From assembly GCA_002269645.1 (NCBI GenBank), contig NIVC01004421.1, positions 1 through 46,557 of the forward strand: a DNA stretch of 46,557 nucleotides, written 5' to 3'. This DNA is from Macrostomum lignano. Taxonomy: Eukaryota. The notes below the pieces were generated by a model. The model was not told where the DNA came from and made no database searches. It saw only the letters and a program-made list of their open reading frames with translations. The position numbers and the translations under genes are program-made. Positions 1 through 11,200 of the stretch are shown piece by piece. Positions within the stretch are counted from its first letter, which is position 1. Each line of letters begins with the position of its first letter.

Positions 1-895
1 ACATAGCGCGCATAATTTTACATCTGACTTTCTGGACCAACGAAGATATTGAATTATGCAACTTGCTCTTTTAGCGTCTAAAGCATGCTTTTTAGTTGCA
101 TGCAAAAGAAGTCGATCAGCTCGAGCACTATAGGTACTTAAACCAGGAAGACACAGAGGGCACTCGTACTTTCAGTCGTCATGGAGATTTGTGATCGTAG
201 CCAAAGATTGATAGATTATTACCACAAAAAAGAGTAAATTAATTGATTTTTGCCGACTCGTTTCAGATAACACAATCACTTTCGGATTTCAATAGAAATC
301 TGTAAAAAGGTGGACACATGTCGACATGAAAGACAGATTGATTGAGTACTAAATCTTTGTGATACTAAAAACTTAGGACTACAGCTAGGGTCTTGAGTCG
401 ATTCTATGGATTTGAGAATGGCAATCGGGATCGAAAACTGAGTCCTAACTATATTGACGACTTAAAAATGAGAAAAAGCAACCAACATATCGTTTAATAA
501 CACCATAACGGGCGAAAATGTCAACTTAACGGCCAGTTTAATTTTCATGCAATGAAGTGTAGTATAAAAGGTAACGAAATAAGTGCTCTTTGGCTCCGTT
601 AATCAAAACAATTTAGCGCCAGTTTATAAACTGAGTGACAGTTCATCACTGCATTAAACTGAATTAATTAACGTTAACAGGCGCTACGTGTAAGCAGAGC
701 ACATGGACCCAGGAATGATACAGCTGAGCAGCAATTCACAGCACACTTGAGCTATTGTGTGCAAGTGAGGTTAAAAATGACATCTATTGGCACAGCAATT
801 TTTGAATAATTTTATTGCAAGTGCTTTGGAAACAGCCGACACAATAAATCACTGTGTAATTGAAGTGTTCAGCTAACTAAAAAATTTAAACTTGC

Positions 896-3405
896 TCAAA
901 AAGTATCTTCTGAATCATCCGATTCAGACGCTGAAGACTCAGTCGCCGACTCAGTTGGCGAGTCGTTGCTAATAGGAGGAACATTTTCAATGCTTTGTTC
1001 TGCGCCGCCCAAAATGAGTCGAAAATATTCTGCCCTTGCTGGAACGTCAAGATTTACAACTCTTTCTAAAATTGATCGAAATAGTTTTCGAAACTGAGCC
1101 GCCAAACCAGCCTGATTATCTAGACTCTTGCAAACCATGTCCATTTTTACAATAAAGTCATACCATTCCTCAGATACGATATGCAGTTCCTCATTCACTC
1201 TGTCGTACTTATGATAGAGATCGATTGCACGCCGACGGAAACGGACAGAAGTAGCTGATTCAGATAAACCATCGTACTTTGAACTATTTGGCTTCCGATA
1301 CTGATCAAAAGAACCCGGGTCTCTTCCGGCAGACGATTAATATCAGCTTTCATTTCTGAAGTCAAACCTTGTACACGGCGCAAGCAAGCTCTGTTATGAC
1401 CTTGGCCCATATTTAGTCCAGACTGTCGCAGCCAATGTTCTCTGAGAACTGCAAGCGAACGAATATTAGATAGAAGGTCGTTTTCAGAGTTTTCTACTGC
1501 GCCTATAAGAGAGTTCTGATGCCACTGACGGCCGAGATTCCGAATTTGAACCTCCGAAAGTACTAAGCTTCCGTCTAAAATTCCGGAAGCTTGCTGTATT
1601 CGTGCATCATCAAGAAGTGAGTTCATTTCCGAAGACATGTTTTTTATCGTACTGTCCAAAAGTCTGAGACGTTGCTGGAACCACTGGGGTGTGTTAAACA
1701 ATTGATTCGCATTGAAATGAAACAGAATTTGAGACATACAGGTGCTCCTACGATCAGGTCGCATGTACTTTAGTGAATGCCCATATGGGCGAAGTTGTGC
1801 CCAAGCTCTCTCTGTGTTCTCGCCATCACACAAGCCCGCTCCAGGAGTGACACGCACAGAGAACCTTCTTTGGCAGCTTGGTTTGTGGCCAAGTGCGTGG
1901 AATGCATTGATGGCACATGAAGAGGCCTGTACGTTAGCACCAGATTTAGTAACTGCGGATTGTACGCGAGCTGAAACGCGGCAGCCTGCAGTGAGATGTG
2001 AGAAAAATGTATGTACTTTATTTTGATCCCGCTAAATTATACGGACATAGTATGCAAAAGATGCACTTACCAACGTCATAGATAAGAAGCAATTTCTTCG
2101 ATACAGACGTGTCTCTTAGAAAATGCTCAAGGCACTGTTCTATGTAGCAGAACCGCTCTCCTGTCGTAGTAATGTTACAACCATTCAATAGACGATTGTG
2201 CCGGCAAAAAAGTCCAAAAAAGCCATACACATCATGTCTACCAGCACCTCGGGATGGTGGCTCGAGCGCCCAGCTTTCCAACTTGGACAGTTTTGTTCTT
2301 CTAAGCGATTTTTTGGCGCGTCTGCTTTGACATCTACATTCACTAATGGAACAGGAAGCGGACGACCATCTGACGGAGTTAGAGCTTGCCTGAATCCCAT
2401 TGAAGAAAATCTTTGCCAGCCGAAAAGCGCATCAGCACAAACAACAGTCTGGCGATCATTATGCTGATCGGGACACAAGAGACACGACTTGGGCCATTTT
2501 GCTGAGCGGATCTGTAATTGTCTAAATTTTAGCAGAACACAGTGGCGTTGCAGACGTTGATACAAACTTGATGCTAATTTATCTCTGCAGATTCCTTGGC
2601 CAACAGTAGCACCTAAAAACAGGGCTTTGATTGCCCTGTGAGCCGGTAGTCGACCTACAGTAGTCAAATTGTCGAGAAGTGTTAATAAACTTATGGCGAA
2701 ATAGGCTGTGCAGTCTGTGGCGGTTGCGGTTGCATCATAAGACGGGAAGTAACCCATTGAGAGAAGCGCATCCACTTTGTCACATGAACTACACGTAAAC
2801 ATCTGAGCTTGAACGATTCCCGACAAATCGATTAGCTCAACAGTTGATGCAGCCGACAATTCGCGAGCCTCTCTGCTTGCCACACAACAGAAAAGTGCAG
2901 CAACCATGGGCACGTGCACTGGATCTGCAAACATAAGCGTCTCAGAATTCCACTGTTCAAATTTGTGTGGTGCAAAATCACCATGTGTGATTTCTTTACA
3001 GTCTTCACAGAAATCCAGCCTACAAGTGACACACCGATAAATTCCAGGCGCATCACTGCAACGAATGCATGAACCCAAGTTGAAATAATTTTCATACGCA
3101 TTGCTGTGAAGATCCGAAAACATGGAATGATCCTCCCACTCAGTTTCTTCAGGCGGATTTGAAGGTTCAGTAGAATTTTCAGGCGGCATTTCGGCTGCAT
3201 TATCAGGCATTTCAGGAAAAAAATAATTCCCTACCGACTGATCCTGATGAGAACCATAAGCAGAGCTTGAGCTAGGACGACGGGTGGCACCAAAACCAGA
3301 AGATTTCTGGAGCTTTCTTGGACGTCCTCGACGGCTTGTCCGCAATACAGCTTCGACATCACTATCAGAATCTGTATTAGAAAACAATGTTCTGCGGCGA
3401 GACAT
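896..3405 (-). mobile_element. KDZ (Kyakuja-Dileera-Zisupton) superfamily transposase gene, spliced, with two apparent frameshifts
   Basis: Joining ORFs 3405-2185, 2281-2018, 1857-1195 and 1198-896 gives the KDZ motifs in order: Cys/His cluster CIRC-x7-CVTC-x4-CEDC-x3-H-x4-HKFEQW, CxC2/CxC3-like TVELIDLSGI...TCSSC...LLSMGYFPS, CLLCP, ADALFG, GFFGLFCRH...GERFCY, YDVGC, FHALGHKPSCQRRFS and GLCDGENTERAW. GTAAGT...TGCAG intron at 2070-1986. Frame changes near 2250-2275 and between about 1340 and 1200. Confidence 0.85.
1986..2070 (-). other. 85-nt GT-AG intron inside the KDZ catalytic region
   Basis: Minus strand reads TAT GAC GTT G|gtaagt...ctcactgcag|GC TGC. Splicing restores YDVGC and stays in frame with the 1857-1195 ORF. 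Confidence 0.85.
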
Positions 3406-6085
3406 GACCTGAAATGTTTTAATGCAAATTGTAATTCAAGAGTATGTATGTATGTATGTATGACTTCAATATTATACTATTAGACGTATTTATTCATACA
3501 GATTCATACATATCTGAACACACATTTGTCCAAAAATGACACTTTGGATTTGTATGATATAATGAATAAACACTGATGTAAATCATTGTTATAAATTACT
3601 TTTGTACCTACCAAAACCAATACGTAGTAACTTTAAGCTTATTATGTATGCATTACTATTCTGATATATTTGTCTACTTTATAGCATATAAAAATGTGTG
3701 AGTGCAATGTATGTGAAAAAAGATTCAGTATTAATTATTATATTTTTATATATTTATATTTTATCTATTCTTTAATCCTTTCTCTTACCTTTCCTTTCTC
3801 TTATTGCCTATTCATTCTTCTTTCTACTCTTATCTGCCCCTCAGCCTTTATCTGGCTCTCTCTCATATACTCTCCCAGTTGTGCTCTTAAGGGACATAGT
3901 ACTCTCATAGTTGTTTCATTCTATGGCCTACTTGTTGACTGCTTTGATTGCATCATCTTTCTAGCCAATTTTTCAGTCTTGAGAAAAACTACATGTATAC
4001 ATTTTTAGCTCCACAGTGCCACATATCTGATATTGTGGCTAACCTAGGGCTGATGCTTTAAAGTTTGTTTAATTAGTAACTAATCATATATATAAACCTT
4101 TGCCTAAGAAAATAATACAAGTCAATGAAATAGTCTTTTTAAAAATGAATGATTATTTAAAAGGACCCTAAACTAACAAGAATACAATCCACTTTGGTAA
4201 CAGCCACTTCGGTAAAGCAGATTTATGACTTTTAGCACTTTTTCTTTATGTTAATTTTTTAGTAACTATTAATTAAATTAATCATTAACTTGTTTAGTAC
4301 TTTATTGCTGATTACCATTCAATTTTTTCTGATTAGGATATATTATACATGTAATTTGTTTCAACTTGAACAGATAGAATATATAACAGCGGAGACTTAG
4401 AGAGATCAATGAAAGTAATTAATGACAAATAAATTAAAGTAAATACTGAAATTTCACATTTCTAACTCAAAGTAATTCTAATTACACAATACTTTGGTAA
4501 TTACAAGTTTTATAGGTTGTATCATAACATATCTTGAGTATCAAGCGCACCTGGAAATTTAAATAGATTGATCAAAACACATTAAAACAATTTTATCATT
4601 GTTGGCTAAATCATTGTCTAGGCCTAAAACATTATTTTTTGTCTCAAAAACTATTTGAAATTATTTTTTAGAGCACATTAAGATACATATTGTTATATCT
4701 CCTCCCTTGTTACCAAAATGGACTGTTACCACTAACAATACATTAAATACAAGTGCTAAAAATCCTAGGAGCTAAAGTGGCTAAAATAAAGGAGAAAGTC
4801 TCAAAAATCTTCCAAATAAAGCCAGGAGATAAAGGAGATAAAGGAAGGTGTAGGCACCCTGCATTTATCCACTTATTCTATTGAATCAAATATACTAAAT
4901 ATCTATACTAGGCCTATACTATTTTTGTATAGCATGTTCTCTAAGGGCTGCAGGGCAAAGCATTCAAAAAGGACAAAAAAGTGAAAAAATTAATCATGAA
5001 TATCATGGAAGAATATAGATATAGCCTATAGACTATAGTGTATAGCCTTGCAAGGCTTGCAATTGCAATTTAGCCTTGCAATTTTAACCATAAGCTTATA
5101 GTTAAAATTGCCTTGGTTGACTTGCAATAGTTTTGGGCCACTTATTCATCTTGTTAATATTAGTGATAAGTCTTGGCCAGGGGGTGCATGACCAAGATGG
5201 CCACACACCAAGATGGCCACAGTTTATTAAAATGTCTAAATAGATAATATGATGCTCATTTCCTTATTATAATTGGTCACAATTGGTCTTAAGGTATGTC
5301 TGTGAGAGCTGTGTCTTATTTGCCCTATAACTATAAGCCAAGTTTTAACATGAAGATTAAATAAAGATCAAGATCCACTATTTGCAAACTCAATATTTTA
5401 AGTTAAAAAGGCAATAAATATATGCTCGAACAATTTAAACCCACCTGCAACTTGGCTAGATACTAAATTTTCCAAAAGGGCTTTCCAGACATGAGTCCAA
5501 AAATTGAAGTAAGCAGAAGCAAGTAACTGTATAATTATCCACGAAACTAAAAATGAAGTGTCTGTATGTATGCAAGTATATCTAATAGTAAGTAAGTAAG
5601 CTTGGCTCAGGCAAGAAGCCTGTTTGGCCAGTATATGTCAGTGTATTTATTATTAATAATAATTCAATAGATAAACTAGATATGAGCGGCTAATTCGGCA
5701 ATAATATAGTATTTGAAAGAGTGTTAATATTTTTTTCTACGAAACTTCAAACGATCTTTAACGATAAACCCGCCGCGGAAGCCATGCAAATTTCGCGACA
5801 GAATCCCCAAATCAGCATTTGAAGTTGCTTACTATCATTTTAAAGCTATCGCTGCTGTAGTAAGTACTTTAGTCACTTTTTGATGTATTAATTTCCATTG
5901 CCAATGAATGGGGCTCAAGAGTATACTAATAGTAGACTTGTTTTATAAACGATTAGAACATTTGTCCAAAAACGACACTTTTGATATTTTAATCCCAAAT
6001 GGATAAAAATGAAAATCATTGCTACGAAAACTATGATTAATGTGCATGAAAATACAAAATAGAATAAAAAAATACTATGAGATAT

Positions 6086-9000
6086 CTCAAATCGGCGCTG
6101 GAAAGCTCAAATTGGCGCGGAAAGCTCAAATTGGCGCCGAAAGTCAAATTTGGCGCCAGGATCACCAAATCGGCGCCAGTATCGCCAAATCAGCGCCGGA
6201 ATGCTGAAATCAGCGCTAAAAAGCCCGGACCAGCGATGGAAAGCTCAAATCGGCGCTGGAAAGCTCAAATTGGCGCGGAAAGCTCAAATTGGCGCCAAAA
6301 GTCAAATTTGGCGCCAGGATCACCAAATCGGCGCCAGTATCGCCAAATCAGCGCTGGAATGCTGAAATCAGCGCTAAAAAGCCCGGACCAGCGCTGGAAA
6401 GCTCAAATCGGCGCTGGAAAGCTCAAATTGGCGCGGGAAAGCTCAAATTGGCGCCGAAAGTCAAATTTGGCGCCAGGATCACCAAATTTGGCGCCAGTAT
6501 CGCCAAATCAGCGCCGGAATGCTGAAAACAGCGCTAAAAAGCCCGGACCAGCGCTGGAAAGCTCAAATTGGCGCGGAAAGCTTAAATTGGCGCCGAAAGC
6601 CAAATTTGGCGCCAGGATCACCAAATCGGCGCCAGTATCGCCAAATCAGCGCCGGAATGCTGAAAACAGCGCTAAAAAGCCCGGACCAGCGCTGGAAAGC
6701 TCAAATTGGCGCGGAAAGCTTAAATTGGCGCCGAAAGCCAAATTTGGCGCCAGGATCACCAAATCGGCGCCAGTATCGCCAAATCAGCGCCGGAATGCTG
6801 AAAACAGCGCTAAAAAGCCCGGACCAGCGCTGGAAAGCTCAAATCGGCGCTGGAAAGCTCAAATTGGCGCGGAAAGCTCAAATTGGCGCCGAAAGTCAAA
6901 TTTGGCGCCAGGATCACCAAATCGGCGCCAGGATCCCTTAATCAGCGCTGGAATGCTGAAATCAGCGCTAAAAAGCCCGGACCAGCGCTGGAAAGCTCAA
7001 ATCGGCGCTGGAAAGCTCAAATTGGCGCGGAAAGCTCAAATTGGCGCTGAAAGTCAAATTTGGCGCCAGGATCACCAAATCGGCGCCAGTATCGCCAAAT
7101 CAGCGCCGGAATGCTGAAAACAGCGCTAAAAAGCCCGGACCAACGATGGAAAGCTCAAATCGGCGCTGGAAAGCTCAAATTGGCGCGGAAAGCTCAAATT
7201 GGCGCCAAAAGTCAAATTTGGCGCCAGGATCACCAAATCGGCGCCAGTATCGCCAAATCAGCGCTGGAATGCTGAAAACAGCGCTAAAAAGCCCGGACCA
7301 GCGCTGGAAAGCTCAAATTGGCGCGGAAAGCTTAAATTGGCGCCGAAAGCCAAATTTGGCGCCAGGATCACCAAATCGGCGCCAGTATCGCCAAATCAGC
7401 GCCGGAATGCTGAAAACAGCGCTAAAAAGCCCGGACCAGCGCTGGAAAGCTCAAATTGGCGCGGGAAAGCTCAAATTGGCGCCGAAAGTCAAATTTGGCG
7501 CCAGGATCACCAAATTTGGCGCCAGTATCGCCAAATCAGCGCCGGAATGCTGAAAACAGCGCTAAAAAGCCCGGACCAGCGCTGGAAAGCTCAAATTGGC
7601 GCGGAAAGCTTAAATTGGCGCCGAAAGCCAAATTTGGCGCCAGGATCACCAAATCGGCGCCAGTATCGCCAAATCAGCGCCGGAATGCTGAAAACAGCGC
7701 TAAAAAGCCCGGACCAGCGCTGGAAAGCTCAAATTGGCGCGGAAAGCTTAAATTGGCGCCGAAAGCCAAATTTGGCGCCAGGATCACCAAATCGGCGCCA
7801 GTATCGCCAAATCAGCGCCGGAATGCTGAAAACAGCGCTAAAAAGCCCGGACCAGCGCTGGAAAGCTCAAATTGGCGCGGAAAGCTTAAATTGGCGCCGA
7901 AAGCCAAATTTGGCGCCAGGATCACCAAATCGGCGCCAGTATCGCCAAATCAGCGCCGGAATGCTGAAAACAGCGCTAAAAAGCCCGGACCAGCGCTGGA
8001 AAGCTCAAATTGGCGCGGAAAGCTTAAATTGGCGCCGAAAGCCAAATTTGGCGCCAGGATCACCAAATCGGCGCCAGTATCGCCAAATCAGCGCCGGAAT
8101 GCTGAAAACAGCGCTAAAAAGCCCGGACCAGCGCTGGAAAGCTCAAATCGGCGCTGGAAAGCTCAAATTGGCGCGGAAAGCTCAAATTGGCGCCGAAAGT
8201 CAAATTTGGCGCCAGGATCACCAAATCGGCGCCAGTATCGCCAAATCAGCGCCGGAATGCTGAAATCAGCGCTAAAAAGCCCGGACCAGCGCTGGAAAGC
8301 TCAAATCGGCGCTGGAAAGCTCAAATTGGCGCGGAAAGCTCAAATTGGCGCCGAAAGTCAAATTTGGCGCCAGGATCACCAAATCGGCGCCAGTATCGCC
8401 AAATCAGCGCTGGAATGCTGAAAACAGCGCTAAAAAGCCCGGACCAGCGCTGGAAAGCTCAAATTGGCGCGGAAAGCTTAAATTGGCGCCGAAAGCCAAA
8501 TTTGGCGCCAGGATCACCAAATCGGCGCCAGTATCGCCAAATCAGCGCCGGAATGCTGAAAACAGCGCTAAAAAGCCCGGACCAGCGCTGGAAAGCTTAA
8601 ATTGGCGCGGAAAGCTTAAATTGGCGCCGAAAGCCAAATTTGGCGCCAGGATCACCAAATCGGCGCCAGTATCGCCAAATCAGCGCCGGAATGCTGAAAA
8701 CAGCACTAAAAAGCCCGGACCAGCGCTGGAAAGCTCAAATCGGCGCTGGAAAGCTCAAATTGGCGCGGAAAGCTCAAATTGGCGCCGAAAGCCAAATTTG
8801 GCGCCAGGATCACCAAATCGGCGCCAGGATATTAATCAGCGCTGGAATGCTGAAATCAGCGCTAAAAAGCCCGGACCAGCGCTGGAAAGCTCAATCGGCG
8901 CTGGAAAGCTCAAATTGGCGCGGAAAGCTCAAATTGGCGCCGAAAGTCAAATTTGGCGCCAGGATCACCAAATTTGGCGCCAGTATCGCCAAATCAGCGC

Positions 9001-10848
9001 CGGAATGCTGAAAACAGCGCTAAAAAGCCCGGACCAGCGCTGGAAAGCTCAAATTGGCGCGGAAAGCTTAAATTGGCGCCGAAAGCCAAATTTGGCGCCA
9101 GGATCACTAAATCGGCGCCAGTATCGCCAAATCAGCGCCGGAATGCTGAAAACAGCGCTAAAAAGCCCGGACCAGCGATGGAAAGCTCAAATCGGCGCTG
9201 GAAAGCTCAAATTGGCGCGGAAAGCTCAAATTGGCGCCAAAAGTCAAATTTGGCGCCAGGATCACCAAATCGGCGCCAGTATCGCCAAATCAGCGCTGGA
9301 ATGCTGAAATCAGCGCTAAAAAGCCCGGACCAGCGCTGGAAAGCTCAAATCGGCGCTGGAAAGCTCAAATTGGCGCGGGAAAGCTCAAATTGGCGCTGAA
9401 AGTCAAATTTGGCGCCAGGATCACCAAATCAGCGCCGGAATGCTGAAAACAGCGCCAAAAAGCCCGGACCAGCGCTGGAAAGCTTAAATCGGCGCTGGAA
9501 AGCTCAAATTGGCGCGGAAAGCTCAAATTGGCGCCGAAAGTCAAATTTGGCGCCAGGATCACCAAATCGGCGCCAGTATCGCCAAATCAGCGCCGGAATG
9601 CTGAAATCAGCGCTAAAAAGCCCGGACCAGCGCTGGAAAGCTCAAATCGGCGCTGGAAAGCTCAAATTGGCGCGGAAAGCTCAAATTGGCGCCGAAAGTC
9701 AAATTTGGCGCCAGGATCACCAAATCGGCGCCAGTATCGCCAAATCAGCGCCGGAATGCTGAAAACAGCGCTAAAAAGCCCGGACCAGCGCTGGAAAGCT
9801 CAAATCGGCGCTGGAAAGCTCAAATTGGCGCGGGAAAGCTCAAATTGGCGCCGAAAGTCAAATTTGGCGCCAGGATCACCAAATTTGGCGCCAGTATCGC
9901 CAAATCAGCGCCGGAATGCTGAAAACAGCGCTAAAAAGCCCGGACCAGCGCTGGAAAGCTCAAATCGGCGCTGGAAAGCTCAAATTGGCGCGGAAAGCTC
10001 AAATTGGCGCGGAACGTCAAATTTGGCGCCAGGATCACCAAATCGGCGCCAGGATCCCTTAATCAGCGCTGGAATGCTGAAATCAGCGCTAAAAAGCCCG
10101 GACCAGCGCTGGAAAGCTCAAATCGGCGCTGGAAAGCTCAAATTGGCGCGGGAAAGCTCAAATTGGCGCCGAAAGTCAAATTTGGCGCCAGGATCACCAA
10201 ATCGGCGCCAGTATCGCCAAATCAGCGCCGGAATGCTGAAAACAGCGCCAAAAAGCCCGGACCAGCGCTGGAAAGCTCAAATCGGCGCTGGAAAGCTCAA
10301 ATTGGCGCGGGAAAGCTCAAATTGGCGCCGAAAGTCAAATTTGGCGCCAGTATCGCCAAATCAGCGCCGGAATGCTGAAAACAGCGCTAAAAAGCCCGGA
10401 CCAGCGCTGGAAAGCTCAAATCGGCGCTGGAAAGCTCAAATTGGCGCGGAAAGCTCAAATTGGCGCCGAAAGTCAAATTTGGCGCCAGGATCACCAAATC
10501 GGCGCCAGGATCCCTTAATCAGCGCTGGAATGCTGAAATCAGCGCTAAAAAGCCCGGACCAGCGCTGGAAAGCTCAAATCGGCGCTGGAAAGCTCAAATT
10601 GGCGCGGAAAGCTCAAATTGGCGCCGAAAGTCAAATTTGGCGCTAGGATCACCAAATCGGCGCCAGTATCGCCAAATCAGCGCCGGAATGCTGAAAACAG
10701 CGCTAAAAAGCCCGGACCAGCGCTGGAAAGCTCAAATCGGCGCTGGAAAGCTCAAATTGGCGCGGAAAGCTCAAATTGGCGCCGAAAGTCAAATTTGGCG
10801 CCAGGATCACCAAATCGGCGCCAGGATCCCTTAATCAGCGCTGGAATG
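6086..10848. repeat. CpG-rich satellite with higher-order structure (19-20-nt monomers grouped in 138/158-bp units)
   Basis: Related monomers all end in (G/A)GCGC: ggaaagctcaaattggcgc, cgaaagtcaaatttggcgc, caggatcaccaaatcggcgc, cagtatcgccaaatcagcgc, cggaatgctgaaaacagcgc, taaaaagcccggaccagcgc. A 138-bp period is measured at 7544/7682; units with an extra monomer are about 158 bp. Confidence 0.97.
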
Positions 10849-10895
10849 TGCCAACGGGCGTAGAAGTGGCAGCATATATCAGCTTGCTACTTTTG

Positions 10896-10953
10896 GGCGC
10901 CTATTTTAATTTACCGGCGCCAATTTTAGCCTTTCGGCGCCCATTTTAGCGCC
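10896..10953 (-). repeat. Short inverted, diverged copy of the satellite monomer
   Basis: GGCGCC at 10896, 10916 and 10936 (20-nt spacing). The reverse complement of 10916-10941 is ggcgccgaaaggctaaaattggcgcc, compared with satellite ggcgccgaaagccaaatttggcgcc. Confidence 0.75.
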
Positions 10954-11110
10954 CTGGCAAGGTCATTGCATTTAGTTCTCACGCAATGGAGCCGAAAAAA
11001 GAGTTTTTTTTCTTTTTTGAATTAGTGCCATGTATCTTGACAACCAATGCGAGTCAAGTTCTGGCGTCTGCTTCTCCACAGCCCCGTAATGGCATATCCT
11101 AATAATTGTG

Positions 11111-11200
11111 GGCTGGCCCGCGCTAAGGGAGCCCACCCCACCGTGGGGCGGACCCCGCTAACGGGCTATTTTTAGCGTGGGATGGGCTCCGCTAACGGGC
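11111..11200. other. GC-rich inverted/direct repeat cluster (predicted hairpins)
   Basis: ggagcccaccccac (11128-11141) pairs with gtgggatgggctcc (11177-11190) with one mismatch. An alternative hairpin is cccca-ccg-tgggg, and ccgctaacgggc occurs twice. Confidence 0.6.

Noticed and set aside
1200-2281. Programmed -1 ribosomal frameshifting in the KDZ gene
   Set aside because: No canonical X XXY YYZ slippery heptamer was seen in the shift windows, and the same lesion type occurs in the unrelated EF-hand gene.
6077-10863. More than 20 overlapping ORFs up to 372 aa (SAGMLK.../APVSPNQ... repeats)
   Set aside because: They are translations of the satellite in all three frames. The 138-bp unit is a multiple of 3 and stop-poor, and frames switch at monomer indels.
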